Origin: Perna viridis
Taxonomy: Eukaryota
Assembly (NCBI GenBank): GCA_037379345.1
Contig: CM074513.1
Coordinates: forward strand, 21,390,001 to 21,454,000
Length of the DNA stretch: 64,000 bases
Direction of reading: 5' to 3'
The position numbers and the translations under genes were made by a program. A model generated the notes under the pieces. That model saw only the letters and a list, made by a program, of their open reading frames with translations. It did not search any database and was not told where the DNA came from. Positions 26,605 to 41,086 of the stretch are shown here, one piece after another; position 1 is the stretch's first letter; every line of letters starts with the position of its first letter.

Positions 26605-29600
26605 TTAAACTGATATTGTTAACCTTACATTTTAGTCGTGGTATTAAATCATGTTTGTTTTCGTCTAGCGAATCGAATGTCTTGACAATCTGTTATAATT
26701 CAAATTTGTCTGCTTAACTCCTTTCCAATTAGCTTTTTTGTCATCAATAGTAACGATAATAGTCTGCACGCTTCAAACTTTTGCGTCTGTCTTGTGGGCA
26801 TTTTTTAACAAAAGGTTAGACAAAATTATCTTACTAATTTGGTGTATTAAATTTTTAATTAGTACTTTTCTAAAAGAATATCTAATGAGTTAAACAAATG
26901 AATGTTAGCCAATGAATGTCAAAACCGGGGATTTATAGCATACAATTTTGGAAACGTGGACTATCTTTACATTCACGATATCTTTACACAAAAATATCAA
27001 TCTTTGATCGTTCTTAATCGCATTTGGTAAATAAAGACTTATGTTTGACTAACAGACTCTTTTTAGACTTAACACCTCTGCTTCTCTGACTTAATCACGA
27101 CTGTCGTTTTTGGATGTTACTTAAATTTTACCATATAGACTCATTGATTTCATTAAAAAGAATGGTTTACGACTGGAGTATTTAGATTTCTAGGTTAAGA
27201 TGTTTAGGGATTTGCTATGAGATATTTTTTCGAAATGTGTCGTTTGTATATTTTACGTGTATTTTTAGATTTTGAAACTTTTGTTCCTCTACAAATATGT
27301 TTTGACTTACTAAAACTGTGCCGTTTAATTTATTGTGTCATAATAATACTTTAACCATATAAAATATAATAACTATCTGTGGGGGTATTTAATACACTGA
27401 TGGTATTATGTGGTTTGAATTAAAAAAAAATACCCCTTATATCAATATCGCAAATGAGTATCTTCTCATCATTATTTTTAGATTCAAAGGTAAACTCGAT
27501 ACAAGAAGTGCTCAAAATCAAAATATGTCGAAAAAGGTAGCCAAATCTAACACCGATAAGTTCTACGATAGTATGTTAAATCATGGGATTGTGGTCTATT
27601 TGTTTGTATAAATTGTACTTTCGTGTTTTTCGTCCATGGAAATCCACTCATACGTACCTTCATACGGAATTCATAAACTCAATAAAACAAGGAAAATATT
27701 TTCCCAGTGTAGATATCCGTCTACATTACTGAATCTTAACTATGCTTAATGAAATTAAACAGGTTATTTAATAACATATTACTGATAATGAAAACAATGA
27801 TATTTTTCTCTGCTATTTGTTATACACTTCTATGTTGAAACATAGATAATCTAAAGAAAGTGGCAGTTTTATATCCTTTTAGCATTAAGACTTACTGAAT
27901 AGTTCAATGTTATTTGCAAACGAGTTCATTTGTGGAATTCTACCAACTTACGATTGTTCTCATGGTTGGCCTAGAATTCACTTGCGTATCATACATTGTT
28001 AACGTACCTATGGTCTAAACGGTTTAACTTTATTAACCTTTTTTCCGTTTCGAAACTGTAGAATATTCATGCTTTAGTCAATACAGACATTTTAGAACAC
28101 GCAACTTGTAAATTTGCAATAATGTATGTTACCTTAAACTGCATTACAATGACAATACTTTTATCTCAACTGACCTAAGAAGTTTGATTTAAACTTTCAA
28201 ATATTTTAATTTAATTTATATTTGAATGTTAGGACAGCCTTTTGATTATTTGAAATTATAGTGAAAATTCCATGTGGTCAAATCTAGGTCAATTCAAGTT
28301 ACTTGAATATCTATAGATGTCAATGCAGGATTGAAAGCATGTTTATTGACTTATTTAGATATTAAAATAAGTTGACTTTGCATGACGTACCTGCAGTTTT
28401 CAAAAAAGCTCTTCCATAATTTAAGCATACGAATATTAAAAAATTCTTTTACAGTAAGCCTAGAAGTTTTTTTTTTTCTTTTTTGGAGATAGAAATGATC
28501 TGAAAATATGCCCAGAGTTTGTATGTACTTAAGAAAAGAATTTTCAGTGGAAATCTTCGAAGAATACTTCATATAATGGTACTTCCAATTATTATACTTA
28601 TTTGTGTTACTTACTTGCTTTTATATTTAAATCAATGCTTGACATAATTCTCAAGCTTGAGATTTCTTTTTCTATACTTACATTTTATTTTTCATTCTTA
28701 AAAGTTGACATGTAGTTTTTTCTACTTCAAGTATTTGTAAAAATGCATATTGTGAATAACTTCAGATAAAAGTATAAAGCAACAAAAGCTTAGATGGAAT
28801 TGTCAAGTCCTCAATAGTAGGCGACAACCTAACCCATATTCACCTGGTATTCATATTAACCACGCCACACAAATAATATAATAATTGAATTGCCAAATCA
28901 CTTCAGGTAATGGGATTTACCTTTGTGAAAGGGAATTACAATGAATATTACACATATTTCAAAGGCATCACGACGTTTTATTGACTTATTAATACTCGTA
29001 AGTAGATTTTGATTTGAGATCAGACCTTAGTAGATAAATATTTTTGATGTGTATCCTACTTCATGTTAGTTAAAGGAATATTATTACAAGGTAAGGGATA
29101 ATAATTTGTTCACAAGATCTCAAACCATTTTCTTTTTTAATGACCTGAGGCGAAGGGGTTACTGAAGATTAATTGTTTACAATGAAAACTTACGTTGTTT
29201 AGGGGAAATAATTTTTACCGCTAATATTAAAATTGAATACAGTTGTATGTATATTGGTACATTTTGCATGATAGCCATATTATAACACGAAACATGAAAG
29301 GCTCGAAATGATAATGAACATGTTTTAAGGTGGATTGTTTTAGGGTGCATTCACAAAATATATTTTCATATCTTTATAGCATTTTCTTCATTATAAACGC
29401 ATGATTTTAAAATCGGTATATCAAATTTAACAAGTTTGAAGTTTCTTTTTATTCGGTAATAACTTATTTAATCTATCTACTCTTTTACATGTCGTATTAG
29501 TGCTTCCGATTCTTTACAGCTCTATCCGTCTGGCTCTTATTTTATATTGAAAGTAGTAGCTCTGTTATGGAAAAACAGTATTGTGTATCTTTACGTTACA

Positions 29601-31364
29601 TTTTCACTCGATGTTTCTCAAATACGAAAATGCAAAACATCTGCAAACGTTAAACTTGGAAAAAATTGTCTTTCCATGTTTTTTTTCCGTTTAATACTCC
29701 CTCTAATTAGTTTATATAAACATATTGTGGCATTTTAAAAATACATGTTAATTGACTCTTATATTTACCTTTCTTTAGCCATTATTGTTACCATTATTCG
29801 ATGTTGCTAATAACGGAGTTATAACAATGTTTTTTTTTAATTTCTGGAAACAGATTATCAATATATGGAAAACAGATTTATATTCTGTTCATGCACTAAA
29901 AATATTTGTGGATGTTTACTACTCAGACGAAACCACGCTTCAACATTTTGAAAAACATGTAATTTGTTTCAGATAGTTCTATAATACGTAGTGTTGTAAA
30001 ATTTAGGTCTTGTAAAACTAGTGCTGTTTCAGCGAGTTCCTTGTCTGGATTCTTTAAACGTTTAGTTATTGTTGATTATTCGTGATGAATTGAAAACAAT
30101 AGAAGACCCAGAATCTCTAGCAAATCTTGACGTGTTTAGACATAGCCAAAAGAAAATTACTATTTAAGTGGAGTTTTATCACATTTCGCAGACTTATCTT
30201 CCAATATGGCTCAGTTGATACTGTCGGTCAAAAGATTCACAAATCAACCGACTTGTCAATGTTTGAAACTTTTTTCTATTCCAATTATTCACAAAGGGCA
30301 TTGTTTTCTGGAGACAATCTTTAAATTAGACAATTCTACAGCTCTGTCCCTGTCCAATGGGAACGTTTAATAGTTGTAACCAGATGTTCCTAATGTCTGA
30401 GTTTTTTTTGGTTTTTTTCATGTTTATAAGTTACAGATGTTGTTGTATCTGTACATGATTTTAGGTATGTAGATATGAAAGCAAATTAAATTAGCTACAT
30501 TTTCGACAATTTTTACGCTTGTAATAATTTGTATATATATTAAAATATATTGTATAAATATTAAAAGACAATTAAACTAATTGAGAAATTCCATATATAG
30601 CTTTTTAAAAAAAAATAATGATTTTTTTTTAATCAATACAGGTTGAATATAACATTAAAATTATCACATTTTGGTGTCAAAAACCTTGTAGAAAGGTTTT
30701 AAATAGGGGACTACAAGACCTCTAATACGAACTGAATTGAAAATACAGTAAAGTATACTTTTGACTTAAATTCTTTATTAATCTTGAGTAAAACCTTTTA
30801 AAATATCTTTACTGTACATATTGTTGACACGACACAGAAACCAAAATTATCCGTTTTAATATTTTTTCACACAAGGTCTCAATAAATATTTTTTGAAATA
30901 ACTTAGAAAAGAAATCTACGCAAATTAATTGAATATTTATTTAAGATATTTACCCGGTTTGAATTACTGTACGTGAAACTTGAAAACTATTTTGAAATTC
31001 ATTCACAGATAGGAGTTTATGGCGATTATTCACGTGGATGCTCTTTGATCTTAGTGTTTGCCACTAACTATAAAATATATTTCTCATAAGGCCAGTGAAG
31101 AATTAACAATAGAATACATGTTTTATTTGATTTACAGAGAATTTATTTGGAAAATTAACATACTGCACCTCCCTTGCATGTATTTAGAATGACAAAAATT
31201 ATTATAAATTAAAAGCTATGCTTATCACGTTTAAATAGCTCTTTTTTTATTAAGCTGTCTCTACAGTACTTTGATGATATAAAATATTTTTTGTTGGTGT
31301 CTTCTATATATAACCGTGTTCTGAACACTGTCTTTAATTACGAACATGGTAACTTTAAGTATAA

Positions 31365-31773
31365 GGAGGTAGACATTGGGTAAAGGATATAACTCTTGAA
31401 ATCCATTACATGTTTGTATCATATTCAATTTCACCCAGGCCTTTCAATCTTTCATCAGAAACAGAATGAAATCAATCCAAGTAAATTTGATGCTTACATG
31501 AGATTGATGTTAATAGTAATCAAGAAAACTAAGGTTATAGCGGTAATCAAAACAATGTAATCCAGGGACAAAGACCAGACATGGAAAACAGACATACACA
31601 ACAAAGAACATAAAGTAACTAAAATCACACATACAAAGTAACAAAAGCAAATGAGCAACTCGGACTCCACTAAAAACTGGGGGCATGGACCAGCTGCACC
31701 GGTAGGATAAATGTTGAATACAAACTTCTGAATGATTTGTAAGAGTTGTGTCCCTTACCCTGGGCATACATCC
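31365..31773. mobile_element. TTAA-flanked MITE family A interrupted by a Naiad 3' fragment
   Basis: TIRs at both ends; internal MITE sequence resumes on both sides of 31513-31710. Confidence 0.8.
31513..31710 (-). mobile_element. Naiad family A, 3' UTR-only copy
   Basis: Matches 15533-15733. Confidence 0.88.
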
Positions 31774-32862
31774 TTAAATAACACAAAGGGTAACAAACCA
31801 TCCGTAAGATTTGATAATTATCATTTCAATAAACAATTGTTATCATGATTGTAATGAGTTTAAGCATCTTAGGAATCAATTAAATACAGGAACCTATTTC
31901 AGCAAATTTTAGCAGGACAGTATTTAAAATTTTGATTCGTGCCTTTAAATTCAATTGTTGAATAATGATGTAACTTGGTTTCCAATTATTTCACTCTCAT
32001 GTTACATGATCCCAAATATTTGCAAGTTAGATAAATTAGTTGTCCTTTTGACATTGACATCAAAGTACTCACATTAGAGTAAGGAGATCAGAAAATACCA
32101 CCCAATTCATGTACCTTAATGCCAAGGGACCTTATTAGATAGACATTTAATTTGCACTATTTGCAAACTTCCCTTTAATCTTTGAAAATATAATTTAAAA
32201 CTCACAGTTGCATGAAATTTTCCCTTTTATCTGTGTTTCATGCAGGTAGCTGACTCTTTCAATTATTTAAACATATATTCATGTATCTAGGGTACTGGAA
32301 ATGGGTAGTTTTCTGCTAATTCTTCTTCTGTTGTTTATTTTTGAACAAGATGAAGGGATAACTACTGTTGTTTCAAAACCATATGTGACATCTGCATTTC
32401 ATAAATAACTAATTGTTATAACAGCTGGACGGAACAGGACAGTTAAGAACGCATCTATTTCATCTGTAACGTGGATCATGCGTGATCCTTTGATGGGTAC
32501 TTGGTTGCTGATCTTAAATAGTTCCCAAAAATAATCTTCAAACGATTTTGATACGAGAAGAAAATCTTTTGGAATAATATCGTAATCCAGTTAATTAATC
32601 TTCTTGGGAAAGTAGAATATGGAAACAAATAGGTTGAAGGTTGAACTATATTGTGTTTTCATTTTGAGGCGAGGTTCTTGACCTATGTTCGCTTGTGTAC
32701 TTATATCATGCTAAATCATCCAATTACGATACGATATATGTAGATTATATGAAGTAAATACATGTATTTTCTTCAAGGCTAAAAAAATAATAAGTCTCCT
32801 CTAGCTCGGAATAGGAATGTACGTAGCCAAATGTCGTCTTTATTTATATAAGTGTTGTTTCG

Positions 32863-32866
<4 letters not shown>

Positions 32867-32929
<63 letters not shown>
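32867..32929. repeat. (TC)n microsatellite
   Basis: About 31 near-perfect TC units. Confidence 0.98.
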
Positions 32930-35404
32930 TTTTGGGGAGTCTGATTCTCAAATATTAGATTATCAATTAAAAACTTAAATAATAAATAACTAGGATACCA
33001 GCATCCTCGTAGTTGTCTGATCTTAAAGTATGATTAACTGTAACTTGTTTATCAGGAAATACTTGACAACTTTTACTGTAAAAGATCTATTTTTATTAGT
33101 AAACTTACAAGTTTTAGCTATGGAATAGTATACTTATATGTAAATGGAAAAAGGGTAATTAACATTCTAGCAGCCATGTAAGACTATAAACAACTTCTCC
33201 TCTATCAACTAAGCTCCTGACTTTAAAAAAACTACTTGAGTTTGGTACAATATAAGAAAAATCTCATATAATTTTATAATATGTATTTTATCAGTTGCAG
33301 TATGATTATACGGAAAACACTTATCTGGTAAAACTTCTCTTGGAAAGATTTTTTTTTCTTTCTCATATCTCTCTCATAGCAACAGTTTTCAATGAAACTT
33401 TAAATGAAATGAAAATTGAAGTCTTATCGTATTTTTATGAAGATAATTATTAAGTTCGCTCTGATTTTATCCATTGACTTTGTTTATTTTGTGTATATTG
33501 CTTTTACATCAAAACAGAATCGGAATTTCTATTAAAGTTCAGAGACTATTTCTAAGCTATCTTTAAGCTAACACTTTACAGATGAAATTATAAGATAAGA
33601 TATGTCACTTAGACATATAACAAAATTATTAACATAGTCAGTATCAATTCCTCTGGGTAAAGCAGTACAAATTCTCGACCTGAAACCCACGCAATAGGTG
33701 CATTACATTATATCTGGCACCAAGTAACTAATTGCAATTGTTTTACCGCAATATCTGTGAAAAGTATCAAAAAAGTAAAAACACAATTAATTCAATATCT
33801 TCGACAGAAGTCTAATAAAAAAAACGTTCCCGAAATAATTTCTAACATTTTTCCATTAATCTAATAAAACGATATTTCGTCTCTGTTTCACCGTTTACTG
33901 CTAACAATAATATCAATAGAAATGAAAATGGCTTGTTGATGCAAATGAAGCATTCGACGCACAAGTTCAGCGTTTAATATCTAGCCAATTCCAATATTGA
34001 TCGTCAAGTGAAAGAAATTTAATAAAGCGCTTCCTTTATACAATAGAGATGATAGAAAAGTGGCCTCAAGTTGCTCAATTTTAGAAAGTTCGAAGTACTC
34101 AAAGACAGTAGCGCAACGCTTTTATGTCAAATAAAGTTTGGCATGATTTATTTATATTTCTTAGATGACTTGGCAACAATTAAGATAACTCTAATATTTA
34201 TGCGGATGTTGTGTGTTGCAACTTAGCGTAATAGTTGTCTTTGCAGTTAACAGACATTGAAGTTGGATTTTCATTGCTTAAAAAGGTTTTGTAAGTAGCG
34301 TTTATTTATTCAATTAGAAGTTCTTTACTAATGTTCCATTCTTAATGTTGTATGGCGATTTACTGAATAAGTGGTAATTTCAAATCAAATCTTATAATTT
34401 GGCTAAGTTGTTTATGTTTAAACTTCGTTGACTTGCATCAAAATGCAAACATCAGAATAAGATCAGCTTACTCTTGACTTTATTTTTTTTTACATATGGG
34501 TCTTGACTAAATATTATTATCTCGATGGGGTTGTTGGTAAGAAAGCAATTATGACAATATTTTCCCTACCTATGCACACGATCATTTCATCTTTCTCTTG
34601 CTTGATTGGATAACTGGCCTCAAATAGACATGAATGTGTCACAACTATGCTTTTTACTTGCATCATCAATGATGATAGTATGTCTAGTACATGCTCAATT
34701 TCCTCAGTCCGTCTGTCTGTTACGCTTAGAGGACACCAATTTTGTTTTAACTGTGACTCAAGAAGTATTAAATAAATATAATTTAAAATTTATGTTGAAG
34801 AGCAGCACTTCCTAAAATGAACACAATTGACAAGTATTTATTATGGAGATATACCTATTGAACCCATTTAAGCAGTACAGTAAAACTTGTCCAACTCGAA
34901 CACATTTTGTTCGGTTTCACAAGGTTGAAAATACATTTGATATAAAAGAACCATTGAAAGTGTTTTATTATACCAGAAAAAAGTTTTTAGAAAAAAAACA
35001 TATTTAATAATTCAGTGTGGACAAACTTAAGAACTTTAAATCATAAGCTTATCATGATATGTAAAGGTAATGTGAGTAAAGTGGTCGTAGTAAGTGTCAA
35101 TGCAAGAAAACAAACGTGACATTCATTTGACATACATAATTATTTATACAATACCAGCTTTGTAACATCTGCGAAAGCTTTAAAGCAAAATATACTTTAT
35201 AAAGTTAAAAACATACGATTTAACGTATATACAGAATTTGCTGCTAATAGATTGCGGGATAGTTTTACGGACACTAGTGTAATTTTCTGTATTGATATTA
35301 TCCCCAATAGTTTGGTTAAAACACCCTTTTTTAGCTTGTCGCAGACATTAGATTTGATTAATGTAATGGCATAAGCTCAACATTATAAGTATTTCTCTGT
35401 CTAA

Positions 35405-35763
35405 GAATCAGGCAAAATGGGAATGGGGTGTGGTACATTAAGAAAACAAACACACAGAATCAATTGCGTTGTCCAAGTATTTATAACTCATAACCTCCAG
35501 AAATTACCACCAAAGTGTTTGAAAATTTTGCTTCTTTAAAAAATCGTTAGGTAAAATTTATTTTAAATATACTATGAAAAAATGGCGGGAAAATTTTCCT
35601 GTACTTTTGCTTTATATAAGCAATAGAAAATATGTACGTCACTGATGCTTCAGAATAATTTCAAATAGCTTTCGATTGTTTTCTAGATGTATTGGTGTAT
35701 TAAATATATTTGAGGCAAAAAATCCAAATTGAGAAAAATAATGTGCCAACCATTGCCTGATTC
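35405..35763. mobile_element. TTAA-flanked MITE family B
   Basis: ctaa|GAATCAGGCAA ... TTGCCTGATTC|ttaa, a perfect 11-bp TIR. Confidence 0.75.
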
Positions 35764-36099
35764 TTAAACAAAATCGTAGTTAATGTCATTTTATTGTCAG
35801 GCCATAGACAGATAACTACATTTAAAGTGATTACTTGCATTGTTACATTTAAGTTTAGGTTTAGTTTCAAAATGATGCTTTATTTAGTGGGTGCCGCTTA
35901 TTCACAAACCATTTATATCGCCATGATTCATCTTTGTTTTTTTAAAATGGTAACTCTGTGAGTGTTGCATTGAATATATTGTTTAACCATCTCTTTTAGG
36001 CCTATGCAAATTTCCGAGTTGAACTAAAAGAAAACGATATAAACTACTATTCCATGTACAAATTAGTAGTGAAACCCTACAATGATTTTTGTTGTTTTA

Positions 36100-36139
<40 letters not shown>

Positions 36140-36599
36140 CTTTTTTTTTGTCATTATTTTTTAGTTGGGTTGTTTGTTTGCGTGTTTTGTTTTTGTTTTA
36201 AAGTTTGGTTCTGTTCTTTTTTTATCATTATTATTATTAGATGTGTTTTAATGTTAATATATGTAACCAAGGTCAACGTCTGAACAAATATTTCACAGCA
36301 GTATAACATGTGTCACATCTCATTTTTACTATTCCGATCAGTATACTCCTGTATTCTCTTGTTGGCGTTGATATATAAAGATTGAAGACATCTTAACATC
36401 TTATTCGCACGAGCAATAAGATACAGTTATGTGAACAATGTAGAAGAAAATGCGCAACAATGTTGTGGTAATTCATGAGTTCATTCCCGTTTTTTTTTGT
36501 TTTTTTTTTTTGTTTTTTTTTTTTGTTTTTTTTTTTTTCAGTCCAAAATGGTATTAATTACGAAAGCAAATATTGACAGTCCACAAATAATTATGACAT

Positions 36600-36697
36600 T
36601 TTTTAGCAATTCGGCTGGTGTTTTTAGAGAAGTTGAGGACGCTATCCCAACTGGTGGCACCAGTTCCATGCTCCAAGTATTCAGTTGAAGTGCGACT
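36600..36697 (+). mobile_element. Naiad family A structured-motif fragment, degraded
   Basis: agcaattcggctggtgtttttagagaagttgaggacgctatcccaactggtggcacc... Confidence 0.65.
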
Positions 36698-39686
36698 CTG
36701 TACTTAATTGTATATACAACTGTGCTTTTATGGTTTATAAACTTGATAATACGCTATTTAAAATCTCAGTTTGCTGTCGTTGTGATCCGAACCTGTGGTT
36801 ACGATTCGTTCCACTTTTCATCATAAAGCATGTGTGCCGATTTTAATAATTTTAAGGAGAAATCATGAATTTTTACAATGGATTTAACACAAAGTGATGC
36901 TTTTCTGCGTTTTTTCATTGTTCTGAATTACTTAAATTTTGTGTCAGGGCAAAATTGAACAATTATTCACGTAGTTTTTGTTCAATAAAAAAACATCCAA
37001 TATACATATATATTCATTGTTCTTATTCAGCCAAATATTTACTAACATAAACGGTTGAGATGACCTTAACTATGTTTTTTATAATCATAGATTGACATTG
37101 TCTTCTTAAATTTGCTGTAACATTCAGAGAAATTTTAAAACCTTATGCTCATTGTTTTTTTATAATTTTTTGAAGTTATAACTAAAAAGAAAAGATCAGC
37201 GGTCTTTTTCACAAAAAAAACGTCAGTGAAAAATTAAGTTATGATGTAATAATAGAGTTAAGTATTGTGATGTCACAACTTACGACTAATTTTACCCTTA
37301 CGATTTCTTATGAAAAGGGCTCTTGTATTATATTTACTGATATAAAGCTCCTTAATGTCTTGATTTTGTTGCATTCATGTCTTTATTCCCAATTATACGG
37401 GACGTCATTTTCATTTTTTTTTTAAATTATTGGTGCTATCATGCCTTCATGATAACTAAAAATATTTGTAACAGAACGAAAGGACTGCTTGACTGAAAAA
37501 CCACATTAATGTCTGTCATAAATAAACATTTGATCATTTCATTCGGCGTAGTAATGGAGCAATTTGTACCCTGCCATTAAATACTCTGTTCCTAAATTGA
37601 GCTATCTCCGAAGTAATGCGTTTGCCCAACCTAGAGTTCACCGCAGACGTCAGATATAACTAACTCAAGGATAGATTGCAATTCTCGTTCAAATTAATAT
37701 ATGCTCAAATTCCTGGGCTATAGTAAAATATTAAATAAATACTCAATATGTCGTTGAACTTGAGTTCAAAGGAAAATTCTGATAGATATTACAAGATAGG
37801 ATGCTGCTTTTATTGGAATAGCAAATCACTTCATGGATAGTTTTATTCTGGTGCTAACATTCACAATATTGATTCAGTTATAAAAAGGAAACCCCAGATG
37901 AATAACATTCTATAATATTTCTAGAAAACCATTATCCCTTTCCATTATGTATTTAGTTCTTTCTTGAAATCGCTAGGTTCCAAAGTGCTGACGGTGTAAA
38001 TTTGTCGAAATTCAATTTGTTTAATTCTCACCTGTATCAATAAAGATGACTTATAGTTTTCCTGCTTCAGAAATTTGTGTCATACTGTAAAAATATTACG
38101 GTACGGTCTTGCGCATATGTTCCTGTTTATGTGTTAACATATAATAAATGAGAAAAACGCTTGTCTTTCAGTCATATTAACTTGTTTTTATTTTATATTT
38201 CAATAAATGTACCGATAACTAAGCTGAATTAACTTTTAATTAATAGTTTTAAACGTTGTTATTTCATTTTTTTCTTTATATACGATATATACTGAATGTC
38301 ACATCACTTTCCAACAAAACTTCGGTTCATATTCAAAATGTCTACAAGAACAAAAAACTACAGAAAAGTTTGATAGTAAATATATCGTTAATTCTCTCTG
38401 AAGAAAGAAGAAAAACTAATAAGAGTATTTTTATCATTTAAGTCTAATCTACTGGACGTTTTCTCTTTTTCTTGACTTTTCAATTGCAAATTGTGCATCA
38501 TAAAATGTAAAACAAATTTGATTTCACATCGCTTGAGAAACGTCCTTTTTTCTGAAGTGTTAAATGGTTTCTGGTGTTAAACAATTGCCTTCAAGTATGA
38601 AGGTTTTATTTTATAACCTTTAATTGACTCAGAAGTTAATAATAATCCTTTGTACCTTGGGATTCATCATTATCTTCCAACAAATATTAGATCCGTTACA
38701 CCACAATGGTGTTTTCAATGAATACAGACCAACATGCATATCTAGAAAAGTTCTAAGCTATAGCATGCACTAGATATGAAAAAGTTACATTAATTTTATA
38801 TAAAACTGACATGACTTTTGCAGTACATTTTTGTTCAATTACATAGGATGGCAACATAATCAAACACATGACTTTCACTCGAGATTGTCCATTCATTTTA
38901 ACAGTTTTAATACCTATTTTGTATATGTGTCTTTTGTCCTTCTATTGATAGACACGTCAATTTGAATTAAGTTCACCTTTAACACGTGGGGAATATCTCA
39001 ACACACCATTTTGTTTCGTTTGAGTCTCTCTGCATAGTTAAAAAATAATGCACAACAAAGTCATTTTGAGTTTAATAATTAAAAACAAAAAATGAATTTC
39101 AATTTTAATAAACCATGCTTTAAATTATTCCAAATTGTACAGGTGTATATGTAGTCGGGGATAAAATGTGGTGAAATAAAGCCCAGGTAATGATTAATCT
39201 AAAAATGGTGTATGTGATAAATTTAGCGGTCAAGGCGATGTTTTTCTGTGCTACGTACATTCATGAACCTGCTAACCATACAAAACTTCGCGTTGAATTC
39301 AAAATAACAACTTTCTATTTCAATACTAAATATAATTTTCTTTTGTGATACTTTTGTAAGGTCAAAAGTATATTGCTACATGTATGAATTTATTTGACAT
39401 TTTGAGCCGATTTTAATGCAATATCCCACAAAAGCATGCTGACAAGAAGAAATTAAAGTTTATACAGTCATATAATTTTGATTCCGACTAATGTTTCAAT
39501 TGCTTCACTGATTTCTATATACTTCTAGTTTGTAAGCCAGGCATTTCTTTTTGCCTCGAACTTGTATCGGGTTTACGACACCTTTATCTCTCTCTTATGA
39601 GTACTTTTCTTATATTCCAATAACCATGATATATTTCGAATGAATAAAATATTCAGATTTACGGTCTTTAAAAAGGTAGCTTTTAA

Positions 39687-39895
39687 GGAGGTAGACCTAG
39701 GCTCAGGAGCATTGCTCTTACAAATCACCTTAACGTTTGTGTAAAGCATTTTACATCAATGTCATATAAGCATCAATGTAACGGATTGATTTCATTCTTT
39801 TTCAAATTAATGCTTGATAGACTTTGGTAAAATTGAATATGATATAAAATATCAAGGATTTCAAGAGTTATGCCCCTTACCCTAGGTTTACCTCT
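39687..39895. mobile_element. TTAA-flanked MITE family A
   Basis: TTAA|ggaggtagacctagg ... cctaggtttacctct|TTAA. Confidence 0.85.
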
Positions 39896-40735
39896 TTAAA
39901 CTGCATCTGTTTCCGTAACATTGTTCTATTCAATAAAACAAAAAAACAAGTACTAAAATAGAGATTTAGAACATATGGAGACAATAAACTATCTTAATTC
40001 TCAACAAATAGGCAACACATGTTTTAACGATGTTGCGATGTAACGAAGTTCTCAGCATTTTGGAGGTACAGATCTTGTTTTTATCTGGCCATAAATTTAC
40101 CGTATTCAAACATATGAGCATAAAACATGGATTGATATTCTGTTCATTACGCTTGAATTTGCGAACAGTTTGGGGGAGGTAAATTGCCGAGTTCAAAACG
40201 TGAGTAAGGTCATTGATCAAAATCATTTCTAGACTAATCGATGAAAATGTTTACAGTAATATAAAGAAAACTGATCTTCGATGTAATATAATATTGAAAA
40301 ACAGAACGTAGTTATAACATATTAATGGTCGCCCAAATACACCGTATTATGTCATAAAATGCGTTAATGGACACTACTTAGCAACAAGAGTTAACTTAGA
40401 AAAATTCACTCCTGTTACTTTGTATAAAGATTTTATGTCATGTTTGGATGTCCTTTAGGACAATAAGAAACTTCTGGTAAGACGTTTTATTGTTTTAGTC
40501 TAACATATATAAACTTGGTGCCTATATCGTTTTCTCCACCTTACTGGCAGTATATATGGGCTTACTGTTTTGTCCCAAAGGGATTTAATACATGTATATT
40601 GTTACAGAAATTAATTATTGTTTTTGCCAGTAACTTAACTATTTTTTTCAGTCTATTAAGCCTTCTGTTTTAAGCACAAGAACCGAAAGCATAAGTCTTA
40701 TTTAAGTATCTAAATAATTCGTTTGTGTTTTTATA

Positions 40736-41086
40736 AAAGAGTAATCAAGGGAACCAAAGTTATAGCGGTAATCAAAAGAATGTAATCCAGGGACAAAGAC
40801 CAGACATACATAACAAAGAACATAGAGTAACTAAAATCAAACATACAAAGTAACAAAAGCAAATGAGCAACTCGGACTCCACTAAAAACTGGGAGCATGG
40901 ACCAGGTGCATCCGTAGGGTAAGCGTCCTCTGCTTTTCTAGAAACACCCGCCGAGTTGCTCATAAAAAGTCAAGTCCAGGGTAGACGAAAGAGGAAAGGA
41001 AAACTATGACACGTTGAACAAATCAGTTTTCATGGCGCAGACGGATACACCGTAACGATCCACGAGTTCATGATGATGGCCATAAA
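40736..41086 (-). mobile_element. Naiad family A, 5'-truncated copy
   Basis: RT tail plus 3' UTR with a small internal deletion. Confidence 0.9.

Noticed and set aside
36102-36540. Long poly-T tracts and the Phe-rich ORF at 36497
   Set aside because: Low-complexity sequence.
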